Shown here piece after piece: positions 19,098-29,303 of a stretch of 64,000 bases of DNA. The position numbers and the translations under genes were made by a program. Source of the stretch: Candidatus Eiseniibacteriota bacterium (GTDB taxonomy: Bacteria > Eisenbacteria > RBG-16-71-46 > CAZAMP01); assembly GCA_965224245.1 (NCBI GenBank), contig OZ245046.1, forward strand, positions 3,808,001 through 3,872,000. Reading direction: 5' to 3'. A model generated the notes under the pieces. It saw only the letters and a list, made by a program, of their open reading frames with translations, was not told the DNA's origin and did not search any database. How positions within the stretch are numbered: the stretch's first letter is position 1; each line of letters opens with the position of its first letter.

Positions 19098-21416
19098 ATG
19101 ACGACACACGATACACCAAACCCGGGCCGATCGGTCACCGCCGGGATCTTTCTCATCTCGGCGGCCGCGCTGTTGCTTCAGGTCACGCTGACCCGGATCT
19201 TCTCCGTCGCGATCTGGTATCACTTCGCGTTCCTGGTGGTGTCGGTCGCGCTGTTCGGATTCGGAGCCAGCGGGACGTTCCTGGCCCTCCGGCAGCGTCA
19301 CGCGCTGAGCCCCGAGCACCTGCCGTGGACCGCGGGGGGCTTCGGCCTCAGTGCGCTGGTCGCGTACGTCGGAACGAACGCCATCCCGTTCGAGCCGTTC
19401 CGCATCGCCGCCGAGCCCGTGCAGCTCGCGTACTTCCTCGCCGTCGACATCCTGCTGACACTGCCGTTCTTCTTCGCGGGGCTCACGGTGGCGCTGATCC
19501 TCCGCCTGTGGCCGGTCCACGCCGGCCGTCTCTACGCCTGGGATCTGGTAGGCGCCGCGCTCGGCTCGCTCCTCGTGTTCGCCACACTGCCCCTGGCCGG
19601 CGCGCGAGGCGCGGTCGCGGTCGCGGCCATGCTGGGCTTCGCGTCGGCGGGCACGTTCGCGCGCGGGGCCCGCGCACGCACCACGGCGGCGGCGCTGGCC
19701 GGCGCGTCGGCGATCCTGGTGGCCGCGCCGTCGGTCCTTCCGGACGTTCGGATCGATGCGAGCAAGCCCCTCGTCGTGGAGATCGCCAACCAGGGACGGG
19801 TGGTGTTCTCGAAGTGGAACGCCCTCTCGCGCATCGACGTCGTCGAGCGGCCCGGAGTGGATCCGATGATCCTGATCGACTCGGCGGCCAAGACGTCCAT
19901 CGCGAGACCCGCCGGGGCGTCCGGGCCGTATCAGCGGGACATCAGCACGCTGGCGTACCGCGTGGCCCAGGCACCGAAGGTGGCCATCATCGGGTCCGGC
20001 GGCGGCATGGACGTCCAGAACGCACTCGCGCTGGGCGCCCGGCACGTCACCTGCGTGGAGATCAACCCGATCATCATCGACCTCGTCACGACCCGCTATC
20101 GCGAGCACGTGGGCGCGATCTTCGAGGATCCGCGCGTGAGCCTGGTGCGCGACGAGGGCCGGAGCTTCATCGAGCGCACGCGCGACGCCTTCGACGTCGT
20201 GCAGCTGACGCTGATCGACACCTGGGCGGCGGGTGCGTCCGGCGCGTACAGCCTGACCGAGAACTACCTCTACACGACCGACGCCTTTCGCGCCTATCTC
20301 GATCGGCTGACGCCCGACGGGATGCTGGCCATCACGCGCTGGTACTACGAGGCGCCCCGCCTGGCGACCCTCGGCCGCGCGGCGCTGGAATCGATGGGTG
20401 TGGCCGAGCCTCAGCGATGCGCGCTGGTCATCGAGCGAGGGATCTCGACCGCGTTCCTGCTCAAGCGCCGGCCGTTCACGCCGGCCGAGGTCGCGTCCGC
20501 GCGCGCGTTCGCCGCGGAGATCGGCGCGGACGTCCTCTACGACCCGACGCGCCCCGGCATGGAGTCGTTCTACGACGTGTTCTTCGCCCAGCCCGATCCC
20601 GCGGAGCTGCTCGCGGCGATGCCCGAGCGGCTGGATCCGGTCGGCGATGACGACCCGTTCTTCTTCCTGATGGCGCGCTGGTCGAACATCGACCTCGGCG
20701 CGCTGTCGCGGGTGCCGAGGTCGAGCACGTTCCTCGAGCCGCTGGTCGTCCCGGTCGGACAGATCGCGCTGGCCGCCGCGCTCGTAGTGGGCGCCGTCCT
20801 GTCGGTGACGCTCCTGGCCATCGCGCTCGCGTCCCGGACGGTGCCCCACAGCGGGCGGTGGCGGTGGCTGACGTACTTCCTGGGGCTCGGGCTCGCGTTC
20901 ATCATCGTCGAGGTGGTGCTGATGCAGCGGTTCGCGCTCTTCCTGGGCCATCCGACCTACTCGGTCACGGTCGTGCTGTTCGCGATCCTCCTCTTCTCGG
21001 GGCTCGGCAGCGCGTGGTCGGGACGGCGCTCGGGCGCGCTCGCACACGTGGCCCGGCCGGTCGCGATCGCGCTTCCGATCGCGATCGTGTTCCTGACCTT
21101 CGTCGTGCCGCCGCTGACGAGCGCGCTCATCGGCATGTCCCTGCCCATCCGGCTGGCCATCGCGACACTCGTGATCGCGCCGGTTGCATTCTGCATGGGC
21201 ATGCCGTTCCCCATCGGCATCCGGGCTGCGGCCGCCGAGGACTCCGGCCTCGTCGCGTGGGCCTGGGCCGCCAACGGCTGCGCCAGCGTGATCGGATCGG
21301 TGGCCGCGGTGCTCGGCGCGATCACGTGGAGCTTCTCGGTGATGCTGCTCGTCGCCGGAGCGATCTACGTCCTCGCACTGATCCTCCTGACCCGCACGCC
21401 CCGCGCTCTCACCTGA
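19098..21416 (+). CDS. Membrane protein with a central spermidine-synthase-like SAM-binding domain
   Basis: N- and C-terminal TM bundles; IIGSGGGMDV, VEINP, DEGRSF, ENYLYT. Confidence 0.85.
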   Translation: MTTHDTPNPGRSVTAGIFLISAAALLLQVTLTRIFSVAIWYHFAFLVVSVALFGFGASGTFLALRQRHALSPEHLPWTAGGFGLSALVAYVGTNAIPFEPFRIAAEPVQLAYFLAVDILLTLPFFFAGLTVALILRLWPVHAGRLYAWDLVGAALGSLLVFATLPLAGARGAVAVAAMLGFASAGTFARGARARTTAAALAGASAILVAAPSVLPDVRIDASKPLVVEIANQGRVVFSKWNALSRIDVVERPGVDPMILIDSAAKTSIARPAGASGPYQRDISTLAYRVAQAPKVAIIGSGGGMDVQNALALGARHVTCVEINPIIIDLVTTRYREHVGAIFEDPRVSLVRDEGRSFIERTRDAFDVVQLTLIDTWAAGASGAYSLTENYLYTTDAFRAYLDRLTPDGMLAITRWYYEAPRLATLGRAALESMGVAEPQRCALVIERGISTAFLLKRRPFTPAEVASARAFAAEIGADVLYDPTRPGMESFYDVFFAQPDPAELLAAMPERLDPVGDDDPFFFLMARWSNIDLGALSRVPRSSTFLEPLVVPVGQIALAAALVVGAVLSVTLLAIALASRTVPHSGRWRWLTYFLGLGLAFIIVEVVLMQRFALFLGHPTYSVTVVLFAILLFSGLGSAWSGRRSGALAHVARPVAIALPIAIVFLTFVVPPLTSALIGMSLPIRLAIATLVIAPVAFCMGMPFPIGIRAAAAEDSGLVAWAWAANGCASVIGSVAAVLGAITWSFSVMLLVAGAIYVLALILLTRTPRALT

Positions 21417-21449
21417 TCCGAGCGGCGCTCTCGCCACCCCAACGAAGCA

Positions 21450-21478
21450 TTGACGCCCCCATCCGGAGCGGCTAAACA
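21450..21478 (+). promoter_or_regulatory. Possible sigma70 promoter for the OMP gene
   Basis: TTGACG-17 bp-TAAACA. Confidence 0.35.
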
Positions 21479-21520
21479 TGGCTCGCCTGAGTACACACTC
21501 ACCCATCGAGGAGACCACTG

Positions 21521-22132
21521 ATGAAGATGACGCGGATGACTCTGGCGGCCTTCGCCGTCGGACTGGCGATCTCGGCCCCCGTCGCGCACGCACAGGACGG
21601 CGAAGGCATGGGCTTCGGCTTCCACGGAATCGGGGGCCAGCTCGGGTTCATCTCTCCCGAGGATCCGATCGACAGCAGCTTCATGTTCGGTGTGCAGGCC
21701 AACCTCGGGACGTTCTCCCGGCAGGTGCCCCAGCTCCTGTTCGTGCCGTCGATCACGTACTGGTCGAAGTCGTACGACACGGGCACGCGGTCGGACGCCT
21801 CGATCTCCGAGCTGGGGTTCTCGGGCGACGCGCGCTGGATGTTCACGAAGGAAGGCGCGGCCCCGGACGCCGTACAGTTCTTCGGGTCGGCCGGGATTGG
21901 CTTCTACCGAGGCAAGTCGGAGTTCACCACCGAGGACATCGACACCGGGTTCGGCATCATCGAGGGCGAGAGCTTCGAGGACACGAACACCGACATCGGC
22001 CTCAAGATCGGCGGCGGCGCCCAGAAGCGCTTCGGCGAGAAGCTCGACGGCTTCGCCGAGGTGACGTTCAAGATCGGGGACATCGACTCGTTCCGGATCT
22101 GCGTGGGCGGGACCTGGGACACCTCCAGCTGA
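21521..22132 (+). CDS. Outer-membrane beta-barrel protein (OmpA/OmpW-like, small)
   Basis: GAGGAG SD, signal peptide AHA, amphipathic Gly/aromatic beta strands. Confidence 0.75.
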   Translation: MKMTRMTLAAFAVGLAISAPVAHAQDGEGMGFGFHGIGGQLGFISPEDPIDSSFMFGVQANLGTFSRQVPQLLFVPSITYWSKSYDTGTRSDASISELGFSGDARWMFTKEGAAPDAVQFFGSAGIGFYRGKSEFTTEDIDTGFGIIEGESFEDTNTDIGLKIGGGAQKRFGEKLDGFAEVTFKIGDIDSFRICVGGTWDTSS

Positions 22133-22244
22133 CCGTCGCGCGCGGATCCGGCGACCGGGCCCGCGCGATCGATCGAGCCCGCGCTCGGGGTTCCCCCGTC
22201 CGAGCGCGGCCGACGTCCCCCACCGGCCCTGGCGCCGCGTCGAA

Positions 22245-22273
22245 TTGACACCCCCCACGACGCCCCGTATCAT
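22245..22273 (+). promoter_or_regulatory. sigma70 promoter for ileS
   Basis: TTGACA-17 bp-TATCAT. Confidence 0.75.
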
Positions 22274-22342
22274 CCCTCAACTCGTTTTCCGGCGTTCGTT
22301 TACGAACGGCGCGCACGTCACGCACGACACGGGGATGAAGCC

Positions 22343-25300
22343 ATGTTCCGGACCGTCGACAGTGACGTCGCCTTCCCACGGCTCGAGGCGACGATTCTCG
22401 AATTCTGGCGCGAGCACCACACGTTCGAGAAGAGCATCGCCATTCGCGACGGCGCCGAGCACTTCGTGTTCTACGACGGCCCTCCGTTCGCGACCGGCCT
22501 GCCGCACTACGGCCACCTCACCGCCGGCGTCCTGAAGGACATCGTGCCCCGGTACTGGACGATGCGGGGGTACCGGGTCGAGCGTCGATTCGGCTGGGAC
22601 TGCCACGGCATCCCGGTGGAGAACGAGGTCGAGAAGGACCTGGGGCTCAACTCCAAGCGGGACATCGAGGCCTACGGCGTCGCGAACTTCAACGAGGTCT
22701 GCCGGTCGACCGTGCTCCGGTACACCAAGGAGTGGCGCGAGACCGTCGAGCGTCTGGGCCGCTGGGTGGACTTCGACCATGACTACAAGACGATGGAACC
22801 ATGGTACATGGAGTCGGTGTGGTGGGTCTTCCGTCAGCTCTGGGACAAGGGGCTGATCTACCTCGGCCACTCGGTGCAGCCCTACTGCCCGCGGTGCGCG
22901 ACCCCGCTCTCGAACTTCGAGGCCAACTCGGCGTACCAGGACGTGCAGGATCCGTCGATCACGATCCGGCTTCCCGTCCAGGACGAGCCCGATACGTTCT
23001 TCCTGGTCTGGACGACGACCCCGTGGACGCTGCCCTCGAACCTCGGCCTCGCCGTCGGGGCCGACATCGACTACGTGAAGATCCGCCGCGGCGACGAGCA
23101 CTTCTGGCTGGCCGAGGCCCGCCTCGGCGCGTACGACGAGGCGGGCGACGCGGCCGTGGTCGAGCGCGTGAAGGGCGCCGAGCTCGTCGGCCACCGCTAC
23201 ACGCCGCCGTTCGACTACTTCACGTCGCTCTCGACCGACACGTTCGTCGTGGTGGCCGCCGACTTCGTATCGACCGAGGACGGCAGCGGCATCGTGCACA
23301 TGGCTCCGGCCTTCGGCGAGGACGACCAGGCGGTCGGCAAGGCGCACGGCTGGCCGGTCGTGCTGCCGCTCGATGCCGAGTGCCGCTTCACCGACGAGGT
23401 GTCCGATTTCGCCGGTCAGTACGTCAAGGACGCCGACCGCGCGATCATGAAGGACCTCGATGCGCGCGGCTTCCTCCACGACCGGGCCACGGTCGATCAC
23501 GCGTATCCGCACTGCTGGCGCTGCGAGTCCCCGCTCATCTACCGCGGCATCCCGTCGTGGTTCTGCAAGATCGAGCCCATCAAGGCGCGCATGCTCGCGA
23601 ACAACGCCACGATCAACTGGGTCCCCGAGCACATCCGGGACGGCCGCTTCGGGAGCTGGCTGGAGAACGCACACGACTGGAACCTGTCCCGCAATCGCTA
23701 CTGGGGCGCGCCGCTGCCGATCTGGACCAGCGAGGACGGCGAGGAGACCGTGTGCGTGGGGAGCCGCGAGGAGCTGGAGCGACTGAGCGGCCAGACCGTC
23801 ACCGACCTCCACAAGCACTTCGTGGACGAGATCACGATCCCGTCGCAGACCGGCCGGGGTGAGCTTCGCCGGGTGCCGCAGGTGATGGACTGCTGGTTCG
23901 AGTCGGGCTCGATGCCGTATGCGCAGATCCACTACCCCTTCGAGAACGCCGACCGTCTCGACACGATGCTGCCCGGCGACTTCATCGCCGAGGGGCTCGA
24001 TCAGACGCGCGGGTGGTTCTACACGCTGTTGATCCTGTCCACCGCGCTCTTCGACCGGCCCCCGTTCCGGAACGTCATCGTGAACGGGATGCTCCTGGCC
24101 GAGGACGGCAAGAAGATGTCCAAGCGACTGAAGAACTACCCTGACCCGGTGCACATCCTGGACGAGTACGGCGCCGACGCGCTTCGCGCGTATCTGATCA
24201 ACTCGCCGGCGGTCAAGGCCGAGACCCTCCGGTTCAGCGAGAACGGCGTTCGCGAGGTGCTGCGCAAGGTGATGCTCCCGCTGTGGAACGCCTACTCGTT
24301 CTTCGTGACCTACGCGAACATCGACGGATGGACGCCCACCGCCGCGAGCACCTCGGTCCCGGTGACCCATCAGCTGGACCGGTGGGTCCTCTCGTCGCTG
24401 CAGACGCTGATCGCCGACGTGAACACGCACATGGACCGCTACCAGCTCCATCGCGTCGTGCCGCGCCTGGACGGGTTCATCGACGACCTGACGAACTGGT
24501 ACATCCGCCGATCCCGACAGCGCTTCTGGAGCGATGACGACCCGGCCGACAAGGCATCGGCGTACCGCACGCTCTACGACGTCCTGGTCACGTACGCGAA
24601 GGTGCTGGCCCCGGTGCTGCCGTTCGTGTGCGAGGAGATCTACCGGAACCTCACCGTCGAGGCCGGCGTCGACGGCCCCGAGTCGGTGCACCTGTGCGAC
24701 TACCCGCGGGCCGACGACGCGCGCCGTGACGAGACCCTCGAACGCGAGATGTCGCTGGCCCGCACGATCGTCGACCTCGGCCGTACGCTGCGCTCCCGGC
24801 ACAACCTCAAGATCCGCCAGCCGCTCTCGGACATCACGGTGGTGGCACGCACCGAGCAGGACCGCGACCTCATCCGGTTGATGGAGCCCATCATCCTCGA
24901 CGAGCTGAACGTGAAGGCGCTGGCCTTCACCGATCGCGAGGAGGAGCTGGTCGAGCTTCATCCCAAGGCGAACTTCCGCGTGCTCGGAAAGCGGCTGGGA
25001 CCGCGCATGAAGGAGGCCGCGGCCGCGATCGCCGAGCTCGATCTCGCGTCCCTGCGGGCGCTCGAGGAGGGTCGGACGATCGAGGTCTGTGGCGAGGCGA
25101 TCACGCTCGAGGACATCCTGATCGATCGCACCGAGCACGACGGGCACGTCACCGAGACCGGGAACGGGGTCACCGTGAGCCTGAACACGCAGCTCTCCGA
25201 GGCGCTCCTGGCCGAAGGCCTCGCGCGGGAGATGAAGAACCGCATCCAGTCGATGCGCAAGGCGGCCGGGTTCGACGTCACCGACCGGATCCGCACCCGG

Positions 25301-25474
25301 ATCTCGTCGTCGGACGCGGTGCAGGCCACGCTCCAGACCTACGCCGACTACCTCGAGCGCGAGACGCTCACCACCGAGCTCACGTTCGGCCGCGAGGACG
25401 AGAGCTGCGACGTCTGCAAGGACTGGGACGTCGGCGGTGAGCGGATCTGGGTCGGACTGTCTCGTGTGACGTAG
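22343..25474 (+). CDS. ileS: Isoleucine--tRNA ligase, type 2 (eukaryote/archaea-like)
   Basis: DGPPFATGLPHYGH, GWDCHG, WTTTPWTLPSN, EGLDQTRGWFY, KMSKR; long type 2 C-terminus. Confidence 0.97.
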   Translation: MFRTVDSDVAFPRLEATILEFWREHHTFEKSIAIRDGAEHFVFYDGPPFATGLPHYGHLTAGVLKDIVPRYWTMRGYRVERRFGWDCHGIPVENEVEKDLGLNSKRDIEAYGVANFNEVCRSTVLRYTKEWRETVERLGRWVDFDHDYKTMEPWYMESVWWVFRQLWDKGLIYLGHSVQPYCPRCATPLSNFEANSAYQDVQDPSITIRLPVQDEPDTFFLVWTTTPWTLPSNLGLAVGADIDYVKIRRGDEHFWLAEARLGAYDEAGDAAVVERVKGAELVGHRYTPPFDYFTSLSTDTFVVVAADFVSTEDGSGIVHMAPAFGEDDQAVGKAHGWPVVLPLDAECRFTDEVSDFAGQYVKDADRAIMKDLDARGFLHDRATVDHAYPHCWRCESPLIYRGIPSWFCKIEPIKARMLANNATINWVPEHIRDGRFGSWLENAHDWNLSRNRYWGAPLPIWTSEDGEETVCVGSREELERLSGQTVTDLHKHFVDEITIPSQTGRGELRRVPQVMDCWFESGSMPYAQIHYPFENADRLDTMLPGDFIAEGLDQTRGWFYTLLILSTALFDRPPFRNVIVNGMLLAEDGKKMSKRLKNYPDPVHILDEYGADALRAYLINSPAVKAETLRFSENGVREVLRKVMLPLWNAYSFFVTYANIDGWTPTAASTSVPVTHQLDRWVLSSLQTLIADVNTHMDRYQLHRVVPRLDGFIDDLTNWYIRRSRQRFWSDDDPADKASAYRTLYDVLVTYAKVLAPVLPFVCEEIYRNLTVEAGVDGPESVHLCDYPRADDARRDETLEREMSLARTIVDLGRTLRSRHNLKIRQPLSDITVVARTEQDRDLIRLMEPIILDELNVKALAFTDREEELVELHPKANFRVLGKRLGPRMKEAAAAIAELDLASLRALEEGRTIEVCGEAITLEDILIDRTEHDGHVTETGNGVTVSLNTQLSEALLAEGLAREMKNRIQSMRKAAGFDVTDRIRTRISSSDAVQATLQTYADYLERETLTTELTFGREDESCDVCKDWDVGGERIWVGLSRVT

Positions 25475-25965
25475 GCCTGCGGAGACGCGGGTCTCGATTC
25501 GCTCCGGGTCGGGGCAGGTCATCCCGGCTCAGACAGGCCCTCACGACGGGCGGACCTGTCCGAGCCGACGGGCCCCTCGCGACACCGACGCACCGGCGTT
25601 ACCCATCGAGTAGGCCCGTCCAGCTCACGCGAGCGCAGACGAGGAGGGCGGCGGCCCTGCCGATCGCGAGCGACCGGCAGGGCCCGGGCGGGGAGAGTGG
25701 GGCACCTCACGGCGTGGGAGGCGTGACGTCGCGAACGTCCGGTCCGGCGAGACGCGACCGGGGAAGGACGGTCGGTCGAGTCGCGCGAATGAAGGCACAC
25801 CGGCTGCACGCGATCGCCACGTCGATTGGCACGGACACGCGACCGTGAGATGCCCCGGGGGGCGGGTTCCGCGGGGCGAATCCTCGGATCGGATCCGCCA
25901 CCGAATGTCGGTCGAGCCGACGGCAAGCTCACCACCGCCGGGGAGCGACGGCGAGCGACATCCTC

Positions 25966-26721
25966 CTACAGACCCGGCGACGACCCGTCGTCCGACGTGA
26001 CGCCGTCGCCGGGATCCATGAAGTAGTAGAGCACCTCGGTCCACGTCATCGGGACGTCACGTGCGCCGGAGTCGGCCTCGTGCAGATCCCACTGCGACAT
26101 GATCTGCCAGCCGGCATCCTGTGACGACAGCGACGGGCCGCGGCCGAGGACGAAGCGAGCCGGGTCACCGGGCACGATGAACGTGTCGGTTCCACCGAAC
26201 TCCGAACGAACGGTCACCTCCAGCGTCGCCGCCACGACCGGAACCGCCACCCAGTCCGGATGGTCGAGATCGCCGGCCGGCTCCGCGGGTGCGAGCTCCA
26301 TCGAGAGCGAGACCATCTGCACGTCCGGGTGATCCAGCATGTAGTCCAGCGACGAGATCACCTCGCTCCGCGAGAACTCGGGCGGCAGCCCGAGAGGCGG
26401 ATGCGTGTGAAACGCGAACGCGCCGCCCAGGATCGTACCCAGGGCGCTCGCGTCCCGGTCGTTGTAGGCGCTCTCGAACGCGCGCACCGCGTCGATCGGA
26501 TCGGCGTATGCGATCGGATCGCCTGCGTCGTTCGTTCCACCGGTGTCCGGCGGGTCCAGGTCCGCGTCGGAGGACACCGTCGGGACGTCGGTCTGTCCCC
26601 GCCCGCGCGCCGAGGCGTCCGAGTCCGGAGACGTGAGGCCGTTACCGTCATCCGAGCAGCTCGTGAGGACGAGCGCGGCCGCCATGGCCACCGCGGAGAC
26701 GTGAAGTGTTCGGGTCGTCAT
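25966..26721 (-). CDS. Hypothetical lipoprotein, NTF2-like domain possible
   Basis: GGAGG SD, lipobox LTSC, AFESAYNDRD helix. Confidence 0.75.
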   Translation of the reverse strand: MTTRTLHVSAVAMAAALVLTSCSDDGNGLTSPDSDASARGRGQTDVPTVSSDADLDPPDTGGTNDAGDPIAYADPIDAVRAFESAYNDRDASALGTILGGAFAFHTHPPLGLPPEFSRSEVISSLDYMLDHPDVQMVSLSMELAPAEPAGDLDHPDWVAVPVVAATLEVTVRSEFGGTDTFIVPGDPARFVLGRGPSLSSQDAGWQIMSQWDLHEADSGARDVPMTWTEVLYYFMDPGDGVTSDDGSSPGL

Positions 26722-26936
26722 GTGACCTCCTCGGTCGGAGGGGCGAGGCTTCGTCCGAGCGGCCGGGGGTCATGCAGGAGCCGTACCTGGCACGCGGGCG
26801 CAAAGAGGCCAGCGGTGCGGGAAGCCGCTGCCCGGCAGAGCGTTGGTCCATCGGGGCCGCCACGGGGCGCCGGGCGGCGACGTCGCTCCACCCCGTCGGC
26901 CGGCCGCGACCAGCCTCGCATGGGGCAGGCCGACGG

Positions 26937-29290
26937 TCAGCGGGGCCGGGCGCGCGCGGTGTCGAGCTGTCGGGCCGCGGTGGTCTCGTCGATGTAGATC
27001 AGGGCGTCGAAGCGGCTCGACACGACCATCGGCGCGAACTGGTCGCTCATGGCGACCGCGCCGATGGAGCGCATCAGGCGTCGCTGGTTGACGAAGGCCG
27101 CGGCCGGGGCACGCCGGAGGTCGAGGATCGCCCGCTGGAGGTCGGCCGCGGAGAAGAAGCTCTCGATGCTGCCCGGCGGTGGCTCGGCCAGCGGGTTCTC
27201 GCCGAGACCGCTCTTGGCCCATGCGAAGTACGATCCCGCGCGCGTCGCGAAGCCGACCGGGAAGTAGTCGGCCCCGAAACGATCGGCGAGGTGCGCACCC
27301 ATCCACCCCGGGTCGCGCGCCACGTGGCCGTTGTGCGCCCACAGGACGATCTTCTGACCGGGATTCTGCTCGAGGATCCAGGCCACGTTCTCGGCCATGC
27401 TCCGGTCGCGAACGCCGAAGTCCGTCGACGCGCGCTGGCGCAGGCACTGGGACACGACGTGGGCGTTGTGGAGGACCCAGTCGACGTCGGTGCCGGCCGT
27501 CGCGTCTCGGCGCAGGCGATCGGCGTCGGCCATCAGCTCGCTGTTAGGGCGGTCACCAGAGCGGCGACCTCGGACACACTCACCGCCTCGGGCTCGGGCG
27601 CAACGCGGGAGATCAGGAGGCTCCCACCGCCCCTGCCGGCGGCCTCGTCGCTGAGCTCGGCGTGATATCCGTCCGCCCGCAGCGAGAAGCCCCGCAGCTC
27701 GGGGCCGTCGAAGCCGAGCTCGAGGGAGTCGCTGTCCGCGACCGCCTCGCCGTCCAGCTCGATCCGGAGATCGTCGAACCAGGCCCGGCCCGATCCGGAC
27801 ACGAGACATCCGAAGTTGATGTCGATCGTCTCGTCCGGCACCTCGAGCTCGATCACGTACGGCGTCCAGGCCGTCGTCCCGCGGGGCGCCCGCGCCTGCA
27901 TGTTGTCGAACGCCAGCGGTCCGGACTCGCCGTCGCAACGCCACCACATTGCCGCCCACGCCGACTCCGCGAGCTCGGTGCGAATGAGTCCCGACAGACG
28001 CAGGTGCTTGCCGCGGGCGTCCTCCACCGGGAACGTCGCGGTGGCCGATGCGAACCCCGCTCCGGACCGCCCGGCGGCGTACGCGCGCTCGTAGAGCTCG
28101 GAGACTCGCTCGGCACGCCCCGGATCCGTCTCTCTCAGGAACGAGACCACGATGTCGCCGGCCACCGTGGGCGTCTGCATGTCGAAGCCGGTGAACTGCA
28201 GCGGCACGTCACGGGTCGCGTTGGCCTCGCGCATCCACTCGACCATCGCGAGGACCTCCTCGGTGTTCCAGGTCCAGAAGTACATGCCGCCGATCAGGGC
28301 CTTCGGGTCGCCCGGTTCGCCTCGCACGTAGTCGTTCAGCCGGTACGCCTCGGGGGTGCTGGCCTCGATCGAGAAGATCGTGAAGCCCTTTCGCTCGACC
28401 AGGAACTCGAGCAGCCGGTGCTTCATCTGGAACACCTCACGCGATCCATGCGTGGGCTCGCCCAGCCCGACGATGCGCGCGTCGCCGATCATGTCTCCGA
28501 ACGGCTCCAGCTCGTCGAGGTCGCGTTCCGCGGTCACGTGATCGAACGCGACCGCATGATCCGAGAGCCATCCGATCGCAACGGGATCGGGAGCATCCGT
28601 CCGGTGCGGGAGCAGGTCCTCGGGGCTCGCCAGAGACGTGGACGTGACGGCAACGTCGTCGCCGACCACGTCGATCACGAGATCATCGGCCCACACGGTG
28701 CCCGACGCATGGAGGAGCACACCGAACGCGATCCGGGTGGCCACGTCCGGGACGTCGTGCACCACCTCGTAGCGCGCCCAGTCGGTGGTGCCCGTGATCG
28801 CCCGATCCTGCATGTTGTCGAAGGCCAGGGTCGTGCCGTGACCGTCGATCCGCATCCAGAGGCCCGACCCGACCCCCACGACCGAGTCGGTCTTCAGGAA
28901 GCCGGAGAGCCGGATGCGCTGGCCGTGAAACGGTGCGGCGTCGATCGCCTGGGTCACGGTTCCGAACGCGTCCGCATCGGCGTCGGCTCCGGGTGCGCCC
29001 TCGACCCGGGCCGACGCGCGGCCCCCGTGAGCGACCGCATCGTCCACCCCGATGGCGTACAGGTCGCCACGGGTCCGGGGCCGGTGATCCGGGTGGTCCC
29101 ATCCGACCGGCTGGCCGTCGCTGGCCACGCCGTTCTCGAAGTCGAGGTTGCGGGGCGCTCTCCAGGCCTCGGCGCGAGCCGCGCCGACGACCACCATCGA
29201 CCCGACCCCCAGGGCCAGCAGCCCACCTGCGTACCGCCCGCATGCCAGTGCCCGCATATCCGGACCCCCAGGCGTTGGTGGCGCGGACAT
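26937..29290 (-). pseudogene. Erythromycin-esterase-family protein with two CBM-like domains, frameshifted near 27545
   Basis: N-part (27533-29290): VGLGEPTHGSRE, FTGFDMQ; C-part in another frame: RDRSMAENV, VLWAHNGHV, FDALIYI. Pseudogene or sequencing indel. Confidence 0.8.
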
Positions 29291-29303
29291 CGACGACGCC
29301 GGC

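Noticed and set aside
22274-22342. T-box riboswitch before ileS
   Set aside because: The leader is too short and has no T-box sequence or terminator
22277-25522. 1081 aa antisense ORF, and similar long ORFs such as 10316-12859+, 52442-56074-, 39501-43547- and 19068-21593-
   Set aside because: Shadow frames of real genes in high-GC DNA; they carry no recognisable motifs
26788-26806. Other TGGCAC sigma54-like sites (also near 25826)
   Set aside because: Wrong GG-to-GC spacing, and no downstream gene on that strand
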